A stretch of DNA of 58,039 nt, counting the filler, from Thelocarpon superellum (lineage: Eukaryota): the NCBI GenBank assembly GCA_026025795.1. It is 2 parts of 2 records of this genome, joined end to end, with 100 filler letters (N's around TTAATTAATTAA, not from the genome) between each part and the next. Parts side by side here need not be neighbours in the genome. Positions count along the whole stretch, not along the records: positions 29,128 to 58,039 come from JAPEUG010000228.1; 1 more part is not named here. One strand, given 5' to 3'. Below the pieces are notes generated by a model. That model had not been told where the DNA came from, did not search any database, and saw only the letters and a program-made list of their open reading frames with translations. The translations under genes were made by a program, and so were the position numbers. Below, piece after piece: positions 37,732 through 48,617 of the stretch. Positions within the stretch are counted from its first letter, which is position 1. Each line of letters starts with the position of its first letter.

Positions 37732-40700
37732 CTACATATCAATGGTCTCGTGAAAGGTCAAGACGCCATTCCCACGCAGAATACCATCGACGCCATCGCG
37801 CTCATGCTGAAAAGGATTCAGCGCCGGCGCCATTTGACTCGACGTCTCAACGTCGCTTGGCGCATGACCCGACGTGTCCTTGACCAGCACCAGACCGGCC
37901 ACCTTGATTGACTCGAGGAGCGCAGGCACCATATTCTATTTGCCGTGAGTGGAGTGCGCGGTGCGGACGGCTAAGCGGTAAGGCGACTCACCAGCAGCTG
38001 GGAGCAACAGATCAGGCCCATGAAATTATTGCTCTGCGCAATCCGTACGGCCTCCTTGACCGAGAGTGATCCGCGTCCGCTGAGGTGGATCGTCTCTTCC
38101 TCCGTCGTCGCTGCTACTTCGTCCGCCTCTTTTCCGAGATCATTGCACAAGAACACGGGATCTAGCATGCGGAATGGTCAATAAATCGGCCACGATGAGG
38201 CGCCCGCTGCCGGATGGCTCACTCACAATTGGGCTGCTTCCAATTCAACGCCGTGCACACATCGGAATTGTAGGAGCTGAAGATGATGGACCGCATGAAA
38301 TCTGGCGACCCCTCGCGCACCTCGCGCGCGTGATCAAAGACCTCCTTCAAGATGGCGTCGACGCCGACGTTGAGGTTCGGCGTCGAGCTGAGACGGTATG
38401 CTTCTTCATCAGCCGCGGTGGGATAGAGCACCTGAAGGTCCACGTGCACACTGGGCGGGAGATGCGCCAGTGCGTCTTGCAGCGTCAGGAACGATGTGGC
38501 CAACAAGCGGTGAAGCTGGGTGATGTCCCCGTCGCCGACCCGATGAATCGCGGCCAGAGTCGCCTCCCGTCGCCCCACGAGCGCACCGATGAAGACAAAT
38601 TGCTGATGCGTTAGGTGGCCGATGGGAAGCTCGATTCCAGCATGCGAAACGGTCCATGAGGGGTAGAGCACGGGGACGAGATCCAGCGTCAGCTGCACGA
38701 ACAGGCGTACGTACTCCCCTGACAGGCTCGAGCCCGTGATGAGTGCGGTCGGGTGGAAGTCGAACTGGCTCGTCGCCTTCCAGTACGTGGCGAAGTCGGT
38801 GATCTCAAGCGGCGGTCCGGGAAAGGGCTTGATCACATGGAAGCGGAAGCTGATCTGTCCGATGGCTCGGAGGCGGGGGTCAAAGAGCGGGAGGCAGCAG
38901 TGCCCGGCGCTGTTGCCTTCCGCTCCGAAGACACTGGACAGCGCCACCGTCTTGGCGATGACCTTGGAGCCAAACGTGGGAAAGATGTCAAAGTCGATGG
39001 CAAAGGAATCGAGATTGTTGATCTGAAAGGATATGATGCGCGATTCTTCTTGGATCGGGAGGAGCACGTTGCGTGGGATCAAATCTGACAGCTTGGACGA
39101 GATGGTCAATCGCGCGGCAGGGTACTTGCTATCATGATAGAAGACGATGGCGCCAGCGTCGGTCCCGTCGAAGCTGAGCTGCACGAAGGTCTTGGTGTCA
39201 AGGAAGTTGTGCCCGTAGCGACGTAAGGGGATGATGGGCGGCGGGAGAGAGAGGTCAGGGATGCCGTCGGCGTCCACGGGTCCCACGTCTGCGGAATGGC
39301 CCGTCGGCACAGCGGTGATGGACGGGCCCGAGATGGAGGGTCGGGCCAGGCCCGACGTGGCGCCGGCCGCGGCCAGCAAGCGCATGCATTCGAGGTGTCC
39401 TTCCCACGCGGCGTAGTACATGGCGGAGAGCTCCTTCTCGTCCACAATGTCGACTCGCGCTCCGCAGTCGAGGAGTGTCTTCAAGCACACGACGTGGCCC
39501 TCGCTCGCGGCGTGAAAGAGCGGGGTCCACTGGATCAGCCGGTCGATCTCGTCCAGGTTCGCACCAAAGTCCTTAAGCAGCAACAGCAGCTCGGGCGCAC
39601 GCCCGGCCCGCGCCACCAGATGCTGGGGAAAAAGTCCTTCGGCGTCTGGGAGGATCTTGGCGCCCTTCTCAAGTAAGAGCTTGACCGGGGCCATGGCACT
39701 CTGCTGACACGCCATGTTCAAGGGGATGTGATCCGCCTCCCACGTCGGATCGATGCGGGCGTCCCGCTCGAGAAGGTGCGCGACGGAGTCGACCTCGTGG
39801 TGCACAATGGCGTGGATGAGCGGCGTGAAGTTATCGTGGTCGAGCGCATCGATGGTCCCAGGCCCAGCCTGAAGCAGGGTCTCCAGCATCTCCACCCGTC
39901 CGTGCATACTGGCGTAGTGCAGCGGAATACGCCCATAGACGTCGACCCGGGCCACGTCCACCTTCCACGCCAAACCGGTCCGCAGCACGAAGTCGCGTCC
40001 GGAAATGGCGGCTTCGTGCAGGCAGTTGCGCTCATTGATCTCGTCCTCGGAGTGGATGTCCACCAAGTCCGTCTCCAAGAGGAGAGTGAGCGACTCTTCC
40101 GGAGCGTCGGTAATGGCGGCGAGGAATGTCCGGGTGAGCCGGTCGCGGGCGTCGGCCGAGTCCTTGAGCCGGCCGATCCAATCCTTCAGGGCTGGCAGAT
40201 TGCCCGCAATAACGGCATTGAGGAACTGGGCGTCCGTATCATTGTCGTCGGTGCCCATGGTTTGATTGGTCACCATGTGATCCGAGCCGCGCTGGTAGTG
40301 GACCCTCTCGCCCTCGGCCCAGGCACCCAGCTCGAGGAGGCTAGTGGTGGCTTGGTCGGACAGCTCCGTGATGACATCGCGATTGAAGCAGGGCTGCACC
40401 TCGACAGCGCGCGAAAGATAGAGCTCTTTGGTTCGCGACTTGGGAAGCGTTAGTGGGCGTCGGGCGCACTACGACGGACACAACTGACCTTGGATGTTTT
40501 ATCCCACTTCTTCAGGATCTTCGAAAAGGCCGTCGCATTGATCTCAACGTATTGCTGCTGCCCATTAGCCCGCCGTCATGCCCAAACACCCCGCTCGGAC
40601 CCACCTGCAACTTATTTAGATCATTGATGAACAGCTGGAAGCCTTCCTCGAGCGTGATGAAGGTCGCCGAAGTCTTGGAGGCGGTCTCGCTCCGGGCCTG

Positions 40701-41261
40701 CATCACGCGCTTCTTGTCGAGTAACGTCTTCAAGCGGAGCTCCAGCTCGGCCTCTTTCTGGAGATAGAAGGCATTGACCTTCTCGAGCTCGCGCTCCTAT
40801 GATTTCCCGTCAGCGCCAGGCGCGACCGCACCCGGACACAAAGGGGGGGTACCAGATGGAAGAAGAAGGTCGCTTTTCGGGCTTGGAGCGAAGCCTGCGG
40901 GTCCCGCAGACTGGCGGGGGGTAGCGGGGCATTCTGGGCCTGGAGAATGGGGGTGTGGCTGAGCTTCTTGATGAGCTGTGCACGAGTCAACGTAGCCCGG
41001 TCCTGGTCTGAGAGGGGTAGAGCGGAGCGGAGCGGGGCGGGGCGGGCGTCGGGCGAGACGGGGCGAAAGCAGGGTTTAGAACCTTCTTGAGAGCCTTGTA
41101 GTTGACGAATTTGGCGGCATATTCAGGGATGTCCAATTGGCGCTTTTGAAGGTGCTTCCCAAACTTCCTGCAGGTGCCAGTCAGGTCAGACGGGGACTGC
41201 CGCGGGGGCCGCCGGTGTGAGGCGGAGCATCCCCGCGTCTTGAACGGGTTCGCACATACAT
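37732..41261 (-). CDS. PHO81: SPX-ankyrin-GDPD-like CDK inhibitor Pho81/NUC-2; exons 41261-41260, 41167-41083, 40975-40853, 40796-40605, 40554-40489, 40438-38227, 38161-37992, 37935-37732; ~1017 aa
   Basis: SPX start MKFGKHLQKRQLDIPEY..VNYKALKK, ERELEKVNAFYLQKE, AFSKILKKWDK, ankyrin repeats, IPDLSLPPPIIPLRRYGHNFLD and ALNWKQPNYPV. All seven introns keep the frame (3054 nt total). Confidence 0.93.
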
Positions 41262-41765
41262 AATGAGTGAGGCCGAAGATCAGGGGCAGCTCAGGCCCTT
41301 TCTCGATCGGTCTCGTATGGGGAGCTCACTCGGGGAGCTGAGGGTAGGGGCGCGGCACAGGGAACGAGACATTCGCACTTGCAATAGCGTCCGTATCGAA
41401 GAGTCGCGGTCGCGATTGCATTCGCGTTGGCGGTCACACGATCCGAGAAGGAGAGGGATGTCAGTGACAGGTGCCGAAGCCCGAGCCACAGCGAGGGGAG
41501 TTCCGGTCCTTCCGACGGTCGCCGTGAGGGGCGGCGAGGATCAAGCAGTACAAGGTTCACCCGGTGCAAGCCACGGGCCAAGTGGCGGCGGATGTACTCC
41601 GAATGCGCAGGGGCAAGGGCAGGGTGACGCAAGGATCCGTGACAGCGTCAGGTGAAAGCGGATGGAATGTTGAGAGGTTGGTGAAGCGCGTGGGAGCGGG
41701 AGTGGAAGTGGTCAGCGGTTGCTGAAGTAGGAGAAGCCGTAGCGGCTTTCTACGAGTACGGTGGC

Positions 41766-41792
41766 GGTGGTGGTGGTGGTGGTGGTGGTGGT
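41766..41792. repeat. (GGT)9 microsatellite upstream of PHO81
   Basis: Read directly from the sequence. Confidence 0.9.
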
Positions 41793-42632
41793 GGGGCACT
41801 GGGGCGGAGGGGAACGCCCGACTCGGCAAAAGCCTCGACGCGGGCTGACGAACTTTGGACCCCGGGGGTTATTTGGATGATGGCAGGACCGCAACGGCGA
41901 CGAAATGATTCGAGGGTGGACCAGGTCGGACTTGAACGGTGGCTTGCACTCAGTTGGAGTCAAGGTCCGCGGGTGACCGAGGAACGACAATGAAGCAAAA
42001 TCCTTCGCCGTCGTCGAGTGGTGGTCCACCCGTTCTGCGACGGCCGGCACGTTGTCGTGGGTCCGCCTACGCCCCGCCGCGCGCCACAACCAATCGATCC
42101 GGCACACGGCCCTCCGCCAGCAACACCCGACCAGCAGCAGCCACGGACTGTGCTCGCGCGTTCGTCGGCACGCTACAAAGCTACGACACGGCTTGGCGTG
42201 CTCCCGCAGCGCATGCGCTGAAGGTCACGAGAAAGTGGCGAGGCCGTAGTTCTTCAATTTGAACGGAGTTGGGTGAATCCACGAAGGTGAACGGCGGTGA
42301 ACATGGTGGACAAGGTGGACATGATGAACATGTAGTAGAAGATGGACGGTGGGACGTGGGAGATGGAAGACGGGAGATGGAAGTGAGGGAACCACGCGGA
42401 AAGCGTCCAGCAAATCAAACAGATCCCGTGTTGCGAAGATGTCGATGGATGTCAAGCCACGCGTCACCCACGTCGATCCGGTCCACCCCCGGCTGGACGA
42501 TGCATAAGAGATATGTCCAAAGAGAAAACAAAGCGATGGAAGCGTCTGCGTGTGGAACTTAGGATTATCGAATGCTAAAGTAGAAAGGCCCGATGACGCC
42601 CGAATTCACCCCACCCGCTGCCACGGCGACCG

Positions 42633-43892
42633 CTAGAAGTTCTGCGCGATGCCGGCATTGCCCTGCTGCGGTACGACGCTCGGATTTTCGATGCGCGTAT
42701 TCCGCCGCGCCTGGACGTCGCGGATCACGGGCTGGCCGCCGCCGTACGTGCCGTCGCCCGTGTATGAGCCCGGGTGGGGGTAGGAGATCTCGTCGTACGC
42801 GGCGTCGTTGCTGTAGTAGTTGGCCGAGTGCGGCACGGCGGGGATGGGCGCGTTTTCGCCCGAGCCCTCGGACCGGTTGCCGGCGGAGTAGGAGGAGGAC
42901 GCGTTGGACGGGCCGCGATTGATCTCGTTGCGTTTGGCGCCGGCCGCCGGGGCACCTCCCAGCGCCCCGATCGTCTCCGAATCGGCGGTCGTCGGTCGGT
43001 TGGGGCTGTTGAGCAGCGGATCACCCGAATGCACCTCCGACGCCGTGCCACGTGTGGGCGAGGGCGTCGGTCCACTGATGCCATTCTCCGACACGGCCAT
43101 GCCGATTCCGCCGTTGTTGCTGGATAAGTTCGTCGACGGCTTCCGGGCCATGGTGGTCGCGCCCCAGCCGCGATAGCCGGCGCTGCCTGCCTCCGTCATC
43201 TCTCCATCGCCCGTGCTGCCGGTGCCACCAATGTTGGGCAAAGTCGGGTCGTGATTTGGATTGAAGCCGTACTCCTCCACCTCCTTCCGTCGCAGCTCTT
43301 CCGCGTCCTTGCGCTGTTTGCGTCGCCGCCAGAGGTACAGCAGCGCGAAGACGATCAAGGCGACCGCAACGACGGGCACGACGACGGCGATGGCGATTTT
43401 ACCGCCGCTGGACAAGCCACTCTGCGACGTGGACGCGCTTGGATTGGTTTCGAGTGACGCTGGCGCCGATGAGGACGAAGTCGACGATGAGGTGGTGGTC
43501 GTCGGAGTCGAGGCAACGGTCGGGGCCGACGAGATGGATGTCAAGGTCACGGTGGTTGGGGCCAAGGTCGCGCTATCCGACGTCGGCGTTGTGATCACGA
43601 CGGACGTGGACGGAGCAGATGTGGTCGGCGGGAGGGACACAGAGGAAGTGGAGAAGAACGACGTCGTCGTGGAGGGCAACAGGGTCGTCGTCGGTGTGGA
43701 TGCGATGGACGATGTCACCGTTTCCGAGCGGATGGAAGACAGCAGTGAGGTCGACGCGCCGGAGCTGGATGGGCCCGTCTCGCCCGCTGTTCCCGTCGAG
43801 GCTGAGAGGACAAAGATTATGTGAGCTGGAGGCTTGCGATATAGGAGTCGGGGCGGAGGGATCCATCACGACATACCTGTTGAATTCGACAT
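42633..43892 (-). CDS. Ser/Thr-rich single-pass membrane protein with Mid2/Mtl1-like sensor topology; exons 43892-43877, 43801-42633; ~394 aa
   Basis: S/T-rich ectodomain, TM IAIAVVVPVVAVALIVFALLYLW, basic stop-transfer, RRKEVEEYGFNPN and C-terminal VIRDVQARRNTRIENP..GIAQNF. Intron 43802-43876 is GTATGT..CAG. Confidence 0.85.
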
Positions 43893-46423
43893 GCTGAGTG
43901 AATGGGCCGCTCGTCAGGATGAGCGACGAGCGACGAGCAGATGGCCGTAGGCGGGGACGACCGGTGTCTGGACGCCCTGGCGAGGTTGCCGATGGAGCCG
44001 AACCGGGGAATGTTAGGGCATGAGAAGAATGCCGTCGGTATACACAAGCGGGCGAGCGTCGTCGTCGTCGTCGCCGTCGGTTTGACCGTTGGAGCGTCGA
44101 GGCGTCAGCACCGCCGCGGAGTGGATGTCAGCTCCCCACTGATCCCTCGGGCTCCGTGGTGGCAGCGAGATGTGCGGAGTGGTAGGGTGGTAGGTGCAGA
44201 GGTGCAGTGGTGCCGTTGAGCACTGGACGACCGATTGGCCGCGCCCGGTCGTGGTTGAAATCGTGGCGACGGAGCTGTCCCTTCGTCCTGCCTTCTCCGC
44301 CTCTCAAGCGGTGCGGTCAGACGCTTGGCGGGAGCAGCACTCTAACCGGCACAGCATCAGCAACACAGGCCGTCAGCGAGCCTGACTAAATTTGCTCGCC
44401 GGCCCGTAGTGGTCGATGTGGTCAATGCAACCAGGATGTGGCTGCAGGTTCAACGGCGCGACCGTGCGAAGGAGAGGATGGCCGGTGAGGCGTCTTTCGG
44501 GCGAGGGAAAAATAGGTATTTACGCCCCTCGTGCCGGTCATTAACTATTGGCAGCTTCGACTTACTCCCACGAGTACTCATACCTCCTCTGGTCGGTCAG
44601 GCCGGTTTCGTCGGGTCGGCCACACTCGGTCGATCGAATCGAAAATAGAAAATTAAAAGGGGGGCCGCCTGCCAGCGACCCGGCACTGCCAGCGGACACA
44701 GGGCGAACCAGTTACGGCTGCCACTTGCTCCACGGCCATCACACCACCACTACGGAGGCCTCGCTAGCTGACCATGCCCCAAGGGTGCCACCCTAAGCCG
44801 TCTTTGGGCTGGTGGAGCTGCTCCGTCCGCCGGCTCCGTGGCCACTACTGCTGCCATCTGGTATGGAATACTGGGCCTGGCGTAGCTGCCACCGCTGCCA
44901 GCGCGACCGTCGTCATTCCTACGAGTTCTCGTACCCTACTCGTACTGCATGCTGGACTGCCGCACCCTGGCGACCTGGTCGCCCGGGACGTGTTTGGCCT
45001 GGCACGACGCGACCAGGCTGCTGAGCAGTGGTCTATCGTGCCGGTTCCAAGCAGGTATCTGGCCCGCAACAGAGTAGTAACGCACCTCTGCACATTCCCC
45101 CTTGCCCCTTGGCGTCGATCACGGCTGTTTCTTCCGGAAGGTTGATCGCTCCTCCCAGACAGCGCCCACTTCGTACTTCGTGAGCAAGGGCGGGATGCAC
45201 CATGAGCTCGCGTGTCTGTGCTCCAGGCCACGGAGCTGCAGCAGAGGGGAGCACCCCACCAGAATGTGCAGATGCATTTGGTGGGCTACCGGATCGTCCC
45301 GCGCATGTGATTCGCCAGCGCGGTCTTCTCATCTCCCGACCGCATGTGTAATCGGTCGGCAGGCGGGCTAGACGAGCCACCAACGGTTCCGAGGCAGTCT
45401 ATGGGGACCTTGTGGGACAAAATGTCATAAGATCCCGTCCAATATGATTACTTGACCACAGGAGGCCTGCACACAGTGAATGATGGTGAGTCGTGGCTGG
45501 GTGATCGCCTGCAGTCGCTCCGTGAACTCGTGCCCGCACCACTTTGTGTCGCCATCGCCCCGCCCGCGAAATCCCGCGACGCGGGTGGAGCACGTCCTCG
45601 CTTGTGCTACTGTGGCCGCGGCTTTCTCCCCTCCTTCTGGCCGAGGAAGACGCGCCGAATTCCTGTTACCGTGCACTTGGCGAACCATGGATTCGATGGG
45701 CCGGCTTCCCTGTTGCGGTATCTGCAGGCGACTGCAACGCTGCCCGTAGAAGTCCTGACCATTAGTGACAGACACATGCCAGAAGGATGAGAGCGGTCAA
45801 CCTTTTTGGTGAGTCAATTCTCGATGTAACGCGAGTGGTGGCGATAATGCTTCGCTATCTACTAAGGTCCTGCGAATCACATTCTGTGCCGGACAGCTTC
45901 TGCTTACTCTAACCTAGGCCGTAACAACTGGCAGACCCTGGTCAGCGCACCCCCAGCTCTTCCATCTGAGAATGGAACACATGTTGTGCTTGGAGGCAGC
46001 TTATACTACTTTGAACCTCTATGCTGATATGATTGGAAGGATTACTCCAGACTACCCACTGAGTAGATGGGGGAGCCTCCAATTGCTGTGCTCGTGTGCC
46101 GATAACGAGCGAGGTTAGTCTAGGCCGTAAGGGTATCTAGCCCAGTGTCTGCCAGTCGTAAGGGTCTGTTTACATTTCATACGACCAGTCAGTACAAAAT
46201 ACCATTCGAGATAGGCTCCTGGGCATTGCAGCGGAGAGCCGGGTGTGCCGGCGAGGAAACGTCGGTCCGCCCCTCCGCCGCTGTCCTACCACCACATCTG
46301 ATGGAAATGGGAGCTGGGAGCTGCAAATAGCGCATCGTCTTTAATAGTATGAATCTCCGAGAGCTCTAACATCATACGACAGGTTTTCTTCGCTGTAACA
46401 AAGTAAAGTCCTTCTGCGTCAAA

Positions 46424-48034
46424 ATGTCAACTGAGAACGCTCCGTCACACAAGGACGCAGGAGACGGCCACGTGCCCCAATGGATTGACAATGAGGCCGT
46501 GGTCACCAGAGAAGCACTGCACTTCCGAGTCGAGAGCACCGCCACCGAGCAAGTGTGGACAGCGTCAGGCGCAGATGAGGCCGTCGCTCGCCATGCGGTG
46601 GACTCCGCTGCCGCCGCGTTCCCCGCGTGGTCGCAAACGCAGCCGTGGCATCGGCGGCGACTCTTGATGAAAGCCGCCGAAATGGTCCGGGCACGACGTG
46701 AGCTCTTGGTTGCAACGATGATGGCAGAAACGAACGCAAGCCACAATTGGGCCAGCGGGCTCAATCTCGAGATGGCGGCCGACTTCATCGAGGAGCTGGC
46801 CTGCCTGGCCGCCTCATCGGCCGTGGGCTGGCTCCCCCCCACAAACTCGCCCGGTGAGTATGACGGTCGTCCAGGAAGGGGGGCCCTGACTGAGAAGGTT
46901 CTCTTCCACGCATGTAGATCGCATGGCGCTGGTCCTGAAGGAGCCGTATGGCGTGGTGCTTGGGGTTGCGCCGTGGAACGCTCCCTTCTTCCTCGCCGTC
47001 CGAGCTGTGATTACGCCCATTGCCTGTGGAAACACGGCGGTGCTGAAAGGATCGGAGCTCAGCCCGCGCACCCACCACCTACTAGGAGAGGTCCTCAAAG
47101 ATGCTGGCTTTCCCCCGGGCGTACTGAACATCATCCAGGCCTCGCGGACGCAGGCGCCAGAGGTGATGAAGACGCTGATTGCTCATCCTGCGGTCCGAAA
47201 GGTCAACTTCACCGGCTCGACGGCCGTGGGCAAAATCGTCGCCCAGCAGGCCGGACTGTATCTCAAACCGGTGCTGCTTGAGCTGGGCGGGAAGGCGCCC
47301 CTGATCGTTCTGGACGACGCAGATCTGGACAAAGCCGCTCAGGCGGCTGTGGTCGGGGCTTTCCTCCATGTATGCCCTCCCCCGTCCCCCTTTCTCCCTT
47401 TCCCGTCCTCCCACCTCCATCCACGTCGCCCATCTCACGCGCCTTGCCCCCTCCGCAGCACGGCCAGATCTGCATGGCGACAGAACGCGTGGTCGTGATG
47501 TCCACGGTCCTGTCGGCCTTCACAGAGCGACTCCGACACTTCGCTGCGACCTTCGACGCCGGCACTGCCGCATCCCATGAGAGCGCGGTGCGCGCCTCAG
47601 CGCTGGTGTCGTCCGCGCTCGCCGCGGGCGCACGGCTTGTCTTCGGGCGGAATGAGCGCCGCGGCGCCAAGCTCGACGCCACGATCCTGACGGACGTCAA
47701 GCCGGGCGTGGATCTGTATGGCGAAGAGAGCTTCGGCCCTACGCTGACGATCATCCCGGTGGCGTCGGTCGACGAAGCGGTCGAGGTTGCCAATGATACC
47801 GCGTATGGTCTGTCCGCCAGCATCTTCTCGCGCGACGTGATGAAGGCTGTCCAGCTTGCGCGCCGTCTCGATACTGGCGCGTGCCACGTCAACGCCATGA
47901 CGGTGCATGATGAGCCGTCGTTGCCCCACGGTGGGTCCAAGGCCAGCGGATCTGGTCGCTTCGGGGCCCAGTGGGGCATGGATGAGTTCCTGCAGATAAA
48001 GACGGTGACGGTGACGGCGACAGCAGACGGATGA
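46424..48034 (+). CDS. NAD(P)-dependent aldehyde dehydrogenase, salicylaldehyde/vanillin dehydrogenase-like; exons 46424-46853, 46918-47369, 47459-48034; ~485 aa
   Basis: APWNAP, LKGSELSP, NFTGST, catalytic LELGGK and GQICM, EESFGP and LPHGGSKASGSGRFG. Two introns join three ORFs in frame. Confidence 0.92.
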
Positions 48035-48617
48035 GGACCTTGTTCCAGCCTTGCTGGGCGCGTTGTTCTGTCCAGGGTAGAGTGTCCTGCCTTGTCCTTG
48101 AAGTGCTCTAAGAGCAAGTATTCTCTCATAAGTATATACCGTGGGTCAGAGAGAGCGCGCGCGCGCTTGCACAGCATATAATTGTACAGCGAACATCCAT
48201 CCACCAAGGCTCTAGAGGAAAGGTCTATAGCATACAGGAAATTGGTATTCGCGCCAGCTCACATGCGAGCTCGATCTTGGCTGCTGGAGCATCAGGAGGC
48301 AAGATGACAAAGTCGGCGCTCCCAAGCTCCCGAAGCGGTCGTGACGAGACTTACCCCGACATGACGGCAACGGCGTGGAGATCGGTGACGAAGAAAGATG
48401 GCATGGGGATGATGGGCGCTAAGCAGAGAAGGCGAACCACGCCACGCCTGCGCCGGGAAAAGGAAGAGTCCGTGTCGTGCGCACTATGACGCCCGTACCT
48501 GTTCGCTGACTTGAAAGAGCAGATTGCGGTCCGTAGAGCGAGATTCGAGGGGTATGTCGCCGTCGTGAGATCTAGATGGGTCCGTAGCCAGAAAGCAAAA
48601 GCGTCGTCGACGTCAAA

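Noticed and set aside
37732..41261. GDE1 glycerophosphodiesterase as the identity of the SPX-ankyrin gene
   Set aside because: PPPIIPLRRYGHNFLD and ALNWKQPNYPV are Pho81/NUC-2 signatures, and I see no GHRG catalytic motif.
42048..42053. CACGTT Pho4/NUC-1-type site upstream of PHO81
   Set aside because: A single hexamer about 790 bp upstream is not distinguishable from chance.
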